Under the pieces are notes generated by a model, which saw only the letters and a list, made by a program, of their open reading frames with translations, was not told where the DNA came from and searched no databases. A stretch of 64,000 nt of DNA from an uncultured Planctomycetota bacterium (lineage in GTDB: Bacteria > Planctomycetota > Planctomycetia > Gemmatales > Gemmataceae). This document shows positions 18,363 through 28,269 of the stretch, in pieces. Every line of letters begins with the position of its first letter. The stretch's first letter is position 1. The DNA is taken from the NCBI GenBank assembly GCA_963849325.1, contig CAWKHF010000005.1, forward strand, positions 1,088,001 through 1,152,000, read 5' to 3'. The position numbers and the translations under genes were made by a program.

Positions 18363-20148
18363 CTAGGGTTTGGCGATCTTCCCCTTGCGGAAGAGGTGGT
18401 CGGCGCGCTCGGCTTCCGCGGCGCTGATGAGTCCGTCGCCGTCGGCGTCGATCTGGCGAAACTCCTCGTCGGTGCCGAGAAATTCCCGACGCGATACGTC
18501 GCCGTCGTGGTTGTGGTCCATCTTGCGGAACCAGCGCGGGCCGGCGGTTCGCTCGGGCAACTGCGGCTCGTTGGCGCCCATGCGGCGGATAACGACGGCG
18601 CGCGGGGCGAACTGGTTGCCCGACGCCGGCCCTTGCCGCACGTCCACTCGATACTTGTGCGGTATCTCGCCGCGGCTGATACCGCCATCGTCGTCGCGGT
18701 CGAGCTGATCGATCAGCGAGACCATTTGCCGCAACTCGCGCAGGCTGAGCCGCCCGTCGCCGTTGGCGTCCACCAGGTCGAACAGACCCTTGCCCTGGTC
18801 CCGCACGGCCAGCGAGGCGCAGCTCCGCATGGCGCTCTCCTGCAACTCCTTCATCTTGTCCAGGTAGGCGACGATTTCCTTCTCGAACAGCTTGCCGTCG
18901 CCGTCGCGGTCCATCATCGGGAACAGGTTGCGATAGAGCGGATTTTGCTCCGCCTCCTTCTTGTCGAGGTAGCCGTTGTTATCGCGGTCGGCCATGCGGA
19001 ACTGGGCGAGATACTGCTGGCGTAGTCGAAACGCAAACTGAGGCTCCGTGGATGTGATTCCTCGGCCCAGTTCGATCTGCGTGGTGCCGAACTCCAGTAG
19101 CAAGGTCTCGTCTGATCCCGGACGAACTTGCTGGGTTCGAGGCGACGAGCGGTCCTTGGTTTGGTCCAACTCTACCGCCTTCTCCTTGTCGCTCTTGTTG
19201 CCGAGATGAACGCGGAACACCAGGTCGGGCGGCCGCTGGGCGAAGCGCGACAGTTCCTCGCTGTCCAGGGCGCCGTCCTCGTCGGCGTCGAGGCGGGCGA
19301 AGGCCGCTTCCTCCATGCCGAGATCCTGTCGGGTGAGCTTGCGGACGGCCGACCGTTTCCCCTTGGGGGCGTAGTGGTTCAACAACTCTCGGGCCAGCTG
19401 CTTGTTGCCTGGACCGGGAGTGACCATGACGAAGGGGACATCGTTGACGGGCTGCTGCTTCTCGTAGGAATAAACTGCCTCCCCTTGCGAACCGCTCGGG
19501 GCGTTGCCGCTCATCTCGCGGATGCTGACCATGTCGTCATCGTCATCGTCCAGCTTGGGCAGAAGGGCAGACGCCCGGCCCAACTCCTCGCGCGAGAGCT
19601 TGCCGTCCTTGTTGGTGTCGAGCAGGGCGAACAGCTTTTCGTTGAGAGCGTCATTGGAGAGCGGTTGAGCTCTGTCCGCATAAGTCGCACGACGAGGACT
19701 TGCTGCTGCTGCTGGAGTCCGCCCGTGCGGAACTGGAACGGCGTGGCGCCGATGCGGCGATACCAGTCGGCCAGCTCCGCGCGCGTGATCTTGCCGTCGC
19801 GGTTTTGGTCCAGCGCGCCGGGGAAGTTGGGCCGCTGGCCGACGAAATTGGGAGCGTTGTTGAACAGCACTTGCATCGGCGGCACGCGGGCCGCTTCCTC
19901 TTTGCTCAGCACGCCATCGCCGTTCTGATCCAGGTAAGCGAACAGCTTACCCATGAAATCCTCCCACACGTCGAGCAGCGGCTTGCCGTCGATGCGGACG
20001 TGGAAGCGCATCAACACCGGACCTTTGTCGCCCAGGTAAACGAAGTCCTGCACGTCGCGCTCCGGGGACAGCTTTCGGGGCGGCGCCGGCGGTCAGGCCG
20101 AAACCGAGGACGGCCAGCACGGCGGCGATCCAGAAGGGAGTTCCTCAT
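18363..20148 (-). CDS. Secreted multi-EF-hand protein (frameshifted)
   Basis: Many DxDxDG loops: DQNGDGVLSKEE, DRDNNGYLDKKE, DANGDGRLSLRE, DHNHDGDVSRRE. Confidence 0.85.
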
Positions 20149-21477
20149 GCGACCACCTCCTTGACGGGCTTGGCCGTGGGTTCGACGAGGCGGATCGGCC
20201 GGCCGACGTTGGAGTTGTTCTGCTTGCGGATGTCCAATCCCAGAGCGAGGCCGATGGTGCCGAGCAGATCGGGCACTTCCACCTTGCGTTCCTCGACGGA
20301 CATGCCGTCGGGGCTGGTCTTGCCGACGACTTGCCCGCCCTTGATGCCGCCGCCGGCCAGCACCGTGGACCAGGAGACGGCCCAGTGATCGCGGCCGGTG
20401 CGCTCCGTGGCGATCTTCGGCGTGCGGCCGAACTCGCCCATCCACACGATGAGCGTGGAGTCGAGCAGCCCCTTGGCCTTGAGGTCGTCCATCAGCGTCG
20501 CCCAGGCCGGGTCGAGCGTGCCGCTGAGCCGCTTGACCTGGTCGAAGTTCTGGTTATGCGTGTCCCAGCCGTTGAGGCTCACTTCGACGAACGGCACGCC
20601 GCGCTCGACGAGACGGCGAGCCAGCAGACAGCCCTGGCCGAACAGGTTGCGGCCGTACGGCGTCGCGCAGCTTGGCCGGCTCTTCGTCGAGGTTGAACGC
20701 CTTGACGGCGGCGGAGCGCATCATGGTGACGGCCCGCTGGTAGGCGGTGCGGTGGCTCTGGGCGGCGATGCTGGCGTGCTGGGCCAGGAAGTCCTGCTCC
20801 ATCTCATCGAGCATCTGCAAACGCGCCGCCGCGCGCTTGGCGTTGACGTCGCCGGGCAGGTCGAGGTCTTGCACGCGCAGCGCCTGGGCCACGTCGCCGC
20901 CGCGCTGCGGGCCGAGGCCGTTGCCGTTCTCGCCGACGATCAGAGGAGCGTACTGCGGCCCGAGGAAGCCGGGCGTGTAGGCGGCGGGATTGAGGAAACG
21001 GAACGGCGCGATGCTGACGAAGCTGGGCAGCTCGGCGTCGGGGCGCTCCAGCTCCTTGGCCACGAACGAGCCGAGCGGCGGATACTGGATCGGCCCGCCC
21101 GGCAGGCGGCCGGTACGGAGGTAATAGGTGGCGCGGCCGTGGTCGGCCTCCTTGGTACTCATCGAGCGGACCAGCACCATGTCTTTCATGTGCGTGGCGA
21201 GCTTGGGCAGGTGCTCGCTGATCTTGATGCCGGGCACGCTGGTGGCGATCTCCTTGTAGGGGCCGCCGTTGGCGTGGCCGGGCTTGAGATCGAAGGTATC
21301 CATCTGGCTGGGTCCGCCGGCCATCCACAGGAGGATGCACGCGCGTTTGCGTTCGGGGCTGGTGGCCGTGGCGGCGGCCAGGTTCTCCAGCCAGCCGGAC
21401 ATCGAGTAACCAATGACGCCGGCCGACGACAGCGTCAACCATTCGCGCCGCGACAGGTGATTCGAGGGGAGGGTCAT
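20145..21477 (-). CDS. DUF1501 domain protein (frameshift near 20660)
   Basis: SRREWL, LWMAGGPSQMDTFDLKP, WDTH, WMGEFGRTPKI and GRDHW. Confidence 0.9.
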
Positions 21478-21497
21478 GAGGGGATCTCCTGCGATTT

Positions 21498-21561
21498 GGC
21501 GAGCGGGGGGCGTCAGCCCCCTGTCTGGCGCTCAACAGGGGGCTAACGCCCCCCGCTCGCC
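21498..21561. repeat. REP-like palindrome, family A
   Basis: GGCGAGCGGGGGGCGTCAGCCCCCTG / CAGGGGGCTAACGCCCCCCGCTCGCC. Confidence 0.85.
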
Positions 21562-21567
21562 CATGAG

Positions 21568-23215
21568 TCAATGATTGAGGAAGAATTCGCCGCTGTTGAG
21601 CAGCACCCAAAACACGTCGGCCAGGGCTTGGTTGTACCGTTTGTCCTTGTCGGCCGAGGTCGCGGTAGCCTTGTCGTCGGACGAGCCGCCGCTTTCGACG
21701 TACCGGACCATGCGCGACAGTTCTTTCGGCGTCGGCTTGCGGGCCAGCGCCGCCAGGTAGAGCGTCTCGACGCGCTCGGCCGTGTCCATGAAGGGAGCGT
21801 CGAGCAGGGCGGCCAGCGTCTCGCTGCGCTCCAGGTGGGTCGCCTCGGACGTGATCTGATCCGTTCATCAGCGACAGCGCTTGCAGGATGGACGTCTGCA
21901 CCTCGGTCGCCTGGTCGCTGGTGTTGGCGAACTGGGTCAGGAAGCGGCCGCGCGCCCCTGATTGCCGAAGAACGGATTGTTGTTGCGGTTGCCCGTCTCG
22001 CGGTAGCCGGTCGCCTGGGCGACGCTGTCGAACAGTTGCTCGGCGGACAGACCGCGCAGCGGCATGCGGGCGAAATGATGCGGGTCGTCCTGGCTGTCGT
22101 GCGTGGACCGAGCTGCCGAGCTGGTAGGCCCGGCTGGCCGTGATGGCGCGGATGAGGAACTTCAAGTCGAAGTCGTGGGCGGCGAACTGGCGGGCCAGCT
22201 CGTCGAGCAGCTCGGGATGGCTGGCCGGGTGCTCGCCGCCGACCATCTCATCGACCGGGTCGATGATGCCGGTGCCGAAGAAGTAACCCCACAGGCGGTT
22301 GACCGCCGCCCGCGCGAAATAGGGGTTGTCCTTGCTGGTCATCCACTCGGCCAAGGTGGAGCGGGCGCTGGTGTTGAACTTCCATTTCGGCTGCGTGCCG
22401 TCGAGGAATGCGGCCTGCACGACGCGCTCGGTGCCGGGGATGGTCAGCTCGCGGCGGTCGGCGACCTCGCGGCCGGCGGCCACGAAATCGCCGTTTCCCT
22501 GCCGTTGCAGGCTGGCGAAGAAGGCGGCGTAAGCTCCAGAACTGATCGCGCTTCCACTCCGCGAACGGGTGATTGTGGCACTGGGCGCATTCGATCTTCA
22601 CGCCCAGAAACAGCCGCGCCGAGGCGGCGGCCAGGTTCTCCGGCTTGACCTCCTTGGCCAGGTAGAAGGCGATCGGCGTCGGTTCGCCGCCTTGCTGCCC
22701 GAAGGGATTGCGGCCCTGTCCGTTCATCGGCGCCGTGAGCAGTTCGCGCACCAGAACGTCGTAGGGCGTGTTCTGCTGGAGTTTCTTGTGCAGCCAGGCC
22801 TCGAAGCCGGGGGCGAGGAAACGCGCCTGCAAGCTCGCCGTCGTCTCGGGCAAGAGCAGGGCGCGCCAGACGTTGGTGAAGTGCGTGACGTAGCGCGGCC
22901 CGGCGAGCAGCTGCTCGACCAGGCGCTGCCGCTTGTCGGGCCGTCTTGTCGTCGAGGAAGCGGCGCACCTCGGCGACGGAGGGGATGCGTCCGGCCAGGT
23001 CGAGATAAACGCGGCGGACGAACTCGGCGTCCGTCGCCGGGGGTGCCGGCTGGACCTTGTCGGCGGCTCCAACCGTCCGCGAGGGCACGATCGATCCGAG
23101 CGGCCAGCGCCATCACGTCCGGGTCGGACGCCGCGCCGGGGGCCGCCTGTGCCGCCGTGTACAGGCCGGCCAGCGCGACACAGCCGCTCATCAGCCATAA
23201 TGGAAGACGGATCAT
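21568..23215 (-). CDS. DUF1549/DUF1553 domain protein (multiple frameshifts)
   Basis: EFVRRVYLDLAGRIP, CAQCHNHPF, NPYFARAAVNRLW, SHPELLD and WVLLNSGEFFLNH. Confidence 0.88.
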
Positions 23216-23276
23216 GAAGAGACCTCCTTCGCCGAGGGGCCGCGTGCAGCTTGGCATCAAGCCGCACGCGGCAGCG

Positions 23277-25237
23277 TTACGGAGCTTTCCGCCGCCGGGT
23301 ACTCTCGACGCGCGGCGCCGCGCCGAGCGACCATAACTTGACGATTCCATCGTCACTCACGGACGCCAGGTTGTTGCCGTCCGGGGCGAAGCATACGCAG
23401 CGGATGCCTCGGACGTGCCCCTCGAAGACGCGCACGGTTCGGGCGGTGGCGACGTCCCAGAGCCGCAGTTCTCCGGGGATCGCGTTCTGGTAATGCCCGC
23501 TGGCCGTCGCCAGCGTCTTGCCGTCCGGGGCGAAGGCGAGGCTGAGGAAGCCACAACGCTGCCCTTGCAGGCGGCCCTTGATTTGGCCGGTAGCGGTATC
23601 CCACAGCCGCACGGACTGGTCCCAGCTGGCCGTCGCCACCGTTTTGCCGTCCGGCGCGAACGTCACGGCCTCGACGCCCTCCCTGTGCCCTTTGAGTTCC
23701 AGCCGCAGCTTGCCCTCCACCGCGTCCCACAGCCGGGCCGTGTGGTCCTTGCTCGCCGTGGCGATCGTCTTGCCGTCCGGGGCGAACGCCACGGACAGCA
23801 CCCAGTCCGGGTGTCCCTCGAACGTCCTCACATCCTTACCTGTCGCCAGCTCCCACAGTTTCGCCGTCTTGTCGAGACTGCCCGTGACCAGCATTCGACC
23901 GTCCGGGGAGAACGCCAGCGAGTTAACGCCTCCCTTATGTCCCTTCAAAACGCGGAGGACTTTCCCCGTCGCCAGATCGCGCAGCTGGACGTTGTTGTCG
24001 AAACAGCCGGTCGCCAGCATTTTGCCGTCGGGCGAGAAGGCGACGTAGCGCAGGCCCTTCGCCTCCTGGACGGCGACGCGCTCCTTGCCCGTGGCCGGGT
24101 CCCACAGTTTCAGTTCGCCGCCCTTGTCCATGCCGCTGACCGTGGCGAGGGTCCGACCGTCGGGCGAAAGGCCGCGAACCAGCCTTGATCGGGGTGAGCC
24201 TGGAGTGTGAGCCGGGCCTTCTGCGGAAGCGCGATCGGCGTCCACAGCTTGATCGTGCGATCGAGTCCCGCGGACACGAGCCGCTTTCCGTCGGGGGAGA
24301 AGACGATGCCGGTGACGGCGTCGTTGTGACCGCGCAGCTGGCTACGCTGACTGCCGGCGGCCGGATCCCACAGGACGATCGTGTTGTCTCCGCCGCCGCT
24401 GGCCAGGGTCTTGCCCGCGGGCGAGAACACCAGGGTCATTACCTCGGCGTTATGGCCCTTGAGCGTGGACCGCTCGCTCTTGCCGGCCACGTCCCACAGT
24501 TTGATTACCTGATCGTCGCCACCGGAGGCCAGGGTCTTGCCATCCGGGCTGAAGGCCACGGCGCGAACGGCGCCTTCGTGGCCCTTGAGCGTGACAGGTT
24601 CGCCGTCGCCGGTCATCGGCCACAACTTGAGGGTGCGATCACTGCTGCCGGAAGCGAGCGTCTGGCCGTCCGGTGAGAAAGCGAGAGCGCGGATGGATGC
24701 CTTGTGGCCTTTGAGAATACGCAGCGCTTTGCCCGTGGCGGGATCCCAGAGGCGGATGGTTTTGTCGTAGCTGCCGCTGGCCAGCGTCTTACCGTCGGGA
24801 GAGAAGGCGACAGCGTAGACCCAACTGGTGTGGCCCTCCAGCGTGCGGATTTCCTTGCCGGTCGCTGCGTCCCACAGCTTGATATTCTGATCCGGACTGC
24901 CGCTGGCGAGGAGCTTGCCGTCGGGCGAAAACGCCAGGCACTGCACGGCATCGGTGTGCCCGCTGAGTCGATGCAGCAAGTCGCCGGAGGCGGCGTCGCG
25001 CAGGTGAATGGTCTGATCGTCCAGCGCGGTGGCGAGGATCTTGCCGTCGGGGGAAGAGGCCAGGGCCAGGATTTGAGGCGCCATGTTGTTGTTGGCGCCG
25101 AGCAGGTTTGTCGGCTGCGCATTGAACCGGGTCGGTTCCTCGGCCTTCGGCGTTTCCGCCTTGGTGAGCGCGAGAGGCAGACCGAGAGACAGCAGGAGCA
25201 TACCGGCGAGCATCAGCCACAACCGAAGACGGACCAT
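23277..25237 (-). CDS. Secreted WD40-repeat protein, about two beta-propellers (frameshift near 24180)
   Basis: Signal peptide; repeated GH..V..AFSPDG..LAS...D..KLWD. Confidence 0.88.
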
Positions 25238-25262
25238 GAGGAGAGACCTCCTTTGTTGTTCT

Positions 25263-28202
25263 TCACGGAGAGACCGACGTTGTCGGCGCGGCTTTCGTCA
25301 TCGTCCGCGCCGGCTGTTCGTCGGTGAGCGACCATACGCGGATGGGGAAGTCCTTGCCGCCAGCGACGGGTTTGCCGCCCTCGTTCCGCCCTCCGCCGCC
25401 AGAAACGACCTGTCGGCCGTCGGGCAAGAATTTCACGGTGCAAACGTAGCCGCTTTGTCGGAAAATCTTCCGTTGCTGCCCCGTGGCCACGTCCCAGCAG
25501 CGCACGGTGCCATCGTAGCCGCCCGACAGAAGGCTATGTCCGTCCGGCGACACGTCCAAGCAGAGAACGCCGCCAGCGTGTCCCTGGAAGGTCCGCAACA
25601 GTTTGCCGCTTTCGATGTCCCATAACTGAATGACATTCGGGCCGGCCGTGCGAACCGCCTGGTGCGCGCTGGGCATCCAGGCCACGCAGTCGGTCCCTCC
25701 CCTGGGTCCGGACTGAAATTGGCGCAGTTGTTTGCCGCTGTCCACGTCCCACAACCGCATCATGTCGTCTCGACCGCCGGACAGAAAGCGTCGGCCATCG
25801 CTTGCGAAGCGCACGCTGCGGACCCAGTTGGTGTGGCCCTCGAACTTGCGGACTTCGCGACCGTTCTCGACCTCCCACAGACGGATGGTCTTGTCCCGGC
25901 CGCCGGACAGCACGTGCCGTCCATCCGGCGCGAAATCCAGGGCGTAAATGGCGCCGACGTGGCCGTGGAAGCGCCGCAGTTCGGCGCCCGTCTCCACGTC
26001 CCACAGGAAGGCCACGCCGCCGACGCCGGCCGAAACCGCCTGCTTGCCGTCCGGCGAAAGAGCTACCGCCTGGATCTCATTGGGCTGTTCGTTCGGCCCT
26101 TTGTCCACCGGCGGCGTCTCGGCCCGGAAGACGCGGAGTTCCTTGCCGGTCTGGAAGTCCCACAATCGCGCTGACTTGTCGCCTTGCGGCCAACCGCTGC
26201 CCGAAAATAGACGACGACCATCTCGGGAAATAACCAGGCTGAACACCGGACCCGTGTGTCCGCGCAACAGACGGATCGGCGCCGGTGCCGCCTGCCAGAC
26301 CTTCACCGAGTTGTCCAGGCTGGCCGACACGAGCCGCCGGCCGTCCGCGAACAGCAATCCCGTGATCGCGTTGCCGTGGCCATTCAGTCGGCTGCGCTGG
26401 CTGCCGGTCACGGCATCCCACAAGATGATCGTGTTGTCCGCGCCGCCGCTGGCCAGGGTCTTGCCCCGCGGCGAAAACGTCAGCGTCGTTACCTCCGCCC
26501 CGTGTCCTTTCAGGGTTGCTCGCTCGCTCTGCTTCGCCACGTCCCACAGTTTGATGGTGCGATCATCGCTGCCGGAGGCCAGGGTTTTGCCGTCCGGGCT
26601 GAAGGCGAGAGCACGGATCGCGTCCTCGTGGCCCTTGAGCGTGACGGGTCCGTCCTCGCCGGTCATCGGCCACAATTTGATGGCGCGATCGCTGCTGCCG
26701 GAAGCGAGCGTCCGGCCGTCCGGTGAGAAAGCGAGCGTTCGGATGGATGCTTTGTGCCCCTTCAGAATGCGCAACAATTGGCCCGTAGCCGGATCCCACA
26801 AGTGGATGGTCTTGTCATAGCTGCCGCTGGCCAACGTCTTGCCGTCCGGCGCGAACGCGACTGTGTAGATCCAGCTGAGGTGGCCTTTCAGCGTGTGGAC
26901 CTCCTGGCCGGTCGCCGCGTCCCACAGCTTGATCTTCTGATCGGGACTGCCGCTGGCCAGGAGTTTGCCATCCGGCGAATACGCCAGGCAGGTGACGACG
27001 TCGGCATGACCCTTGAGGACGTGGCGCTGGGTCCCGGTGGCCAGCTCGCAGATCTGCACGCCACCATTCTCGCCGGCGATGGCCACGCTCTTGCCGTCGG
27101 GTGAGTACGCCAGGGCGAGGACGGGCTGCGGCTCGAAGCGGCGCTCCTGCGTCCGCAGCGTGGCCAACTCCTTGCCTTCCACCACGTCCCATAGCTTCGC
27201 CGTGCCCTCATTGTTCCCCGCGGCCAGGCGTTTGCTATCGGGGGAGAAAGCCAATCCCCAAACGGCGCCGGTCTGGTTGTCGAGGAGGGGCCGTTCCTCC
27301 AGGGTGACGGCATGCCACAACTTCACTTTGCTGTTGTCCGCCGAGGCCGCCAGCGTCTTGCCGTCGGGCGAATACCTCACGCACCTCACGCTTCCTCCCG
27401 GACCCGGCAGCGTCGTTCGCTCCTGACCCGTGGCGGCATCCCACAGCTTCACCGTGCCGTCCCAACCGGCCGTGGCGACGGTCTTGCCATCCGGGGAAAA
27501 GGTGACGAACTCCACCGCATTGGCATGTCCGGTAAGCGTCGTCTGACTTTTGCCGCCGGCCACGTCCCACAGGATGGCGCTGCGATCCGCGCTCACCGAG
27601 GCCAGCGTCTTGCCGTCGGGAGAGAAGGCCACGCACAGGACGATGCCGGTGTGCCCCTGGAGGCGCAGCCGCTGCTTTCGCGTGTCCACGTCCCAGACGG
27701 TCACGACCTTGTCCAGCCCGGCCGCCGCCAGCATCCTGCCGTCCGAGGAGAAGGCGACGGCGTTGACGCCGGCCGTGTGTCCCTCAAGGGTGGCACGCAT
27801 CGCCCCGGTCGCCGGATCGCGCAGCTTCACGGTGCCGTCGAACTCGCCGGTAGCCAGGATCTTGCCATCGGGAGAGAAAGCGACCGAGCGCACGACATGG
27901 GGCAGCGGGACCGTGACGGCCAATCGCTCCCTGGTCAGATCCCAGAGGCGAAGTTCGCCGGTTTTCGAGTTGGCGCCGCGACCGGCGGCCATTGCCAGGA
28001 GCTTGCCGTCGGGGGAGAAAGCCACGCTGTCCACGGGAAGGATACGGCCTTGAAGAGAGGTCGGATTGGGCAGGAACGACTCGGCCTCCTCGCGCGGCTT
28101 GGCCCGCGCCGCCGGCTGTTTCTTCGTCTCCGTCTGAGCGAAGTTCGACTGCGGCGCCAGCAAAAACAGACCCAAGAGCACAAGCCAACGAGAACGAACC
28201 AT
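25263..28202 (-). CDS. Secreted WD40-repeat protein, about three propellers
   Basis: 979 aa with signal peptide and about 21 WD40 repeats; paralog of its neighbours. Confidence 0.93.
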   Translation of the reverse strand: MVRSRWLVLLGLFLLAPQSNFAQTETKKQPAARAKPREEAESFLPNPTSLQGRILPVDSVAFSPDGKLLAMAAGRGANSKTGELRLWDLTRERLAVTVPLPHVVRSVAFSPDGKILATGEFDGTVKLRDPATGAMRATLEGHTAGVNAVAFSSDGRMLAAAGLDKVVTVWDVDTRKQRLRLQGHTGIVLCVAFSPDGKTLASVSADRSAILWDVAGGKSQTTLTGHANAVEFVTFSPDGKTVATAGWDGTVKLWDAATGQERTTLPGPGGSVRCVRYSPDGKTLAASADNSKVKLWHAVTLEERPLLDNQTGAVWGLAFSPDSKRLAAGNNEGTAKLWDVVEGKELATLRTQERRFEPQPVLALAYSPDGKSVAIAGENGGVQICELATGTQRHVLKGHADVVTCLAYSPDGKLLASGSPDQKIKLWDAATGQEVHTLKGHLSWIYTVAFAPDGKTLASGSYDKTIHLWDPATGQLLRILKGHKASIRTLAFSPDGRTLASGSSDRAIKLWPMTGEDGPVTLKGHEDAIRALAFSPDGKTLASGSDDRTIKLWDVAKQSERATLKGHGAEVTTLTFSPRGKTLASGGADNTIILWDAVTGSQRSRLNGHGNAITGLLFADGRRLVSASLDNSVKVWQAAPAPIRLLRGHTGPVFSLVISRDGRRLFSGSGWPQGDKSARLWDFQTGKELRVFRAETPPVDKGPNEQPNEIQAVALSPDGKQAVSAGVGGVAFLWDVETGAELRRFHGHVGAIYALDFAPDGRHVLSGGRDKTIRLWEVENGREVRKFEGHTNWVRSVRFASDGRRFLSGGRDDMMRLWDVDSGKQLRQFQSGPRGGTDCVAWMPSAHQAVRTAGPNVIQLWDIESGKLLRTFQGHAGGVLCLDVSPDGHSLLSGGYDGTVRCWDVATGQQRKIFRQSGYVCTVKFLPDGRQVVSGGGGRNEGGKPVAGGKDFPIRVWSLTDEQPARTMTKAAPTTSVSP

Positions 28203-28269
28203 GAACGAACCTCCTTCTCTCGATACCTACCCATTCCTCGTCGTCGATCTGTTCCGCTCGCGGCCCCAA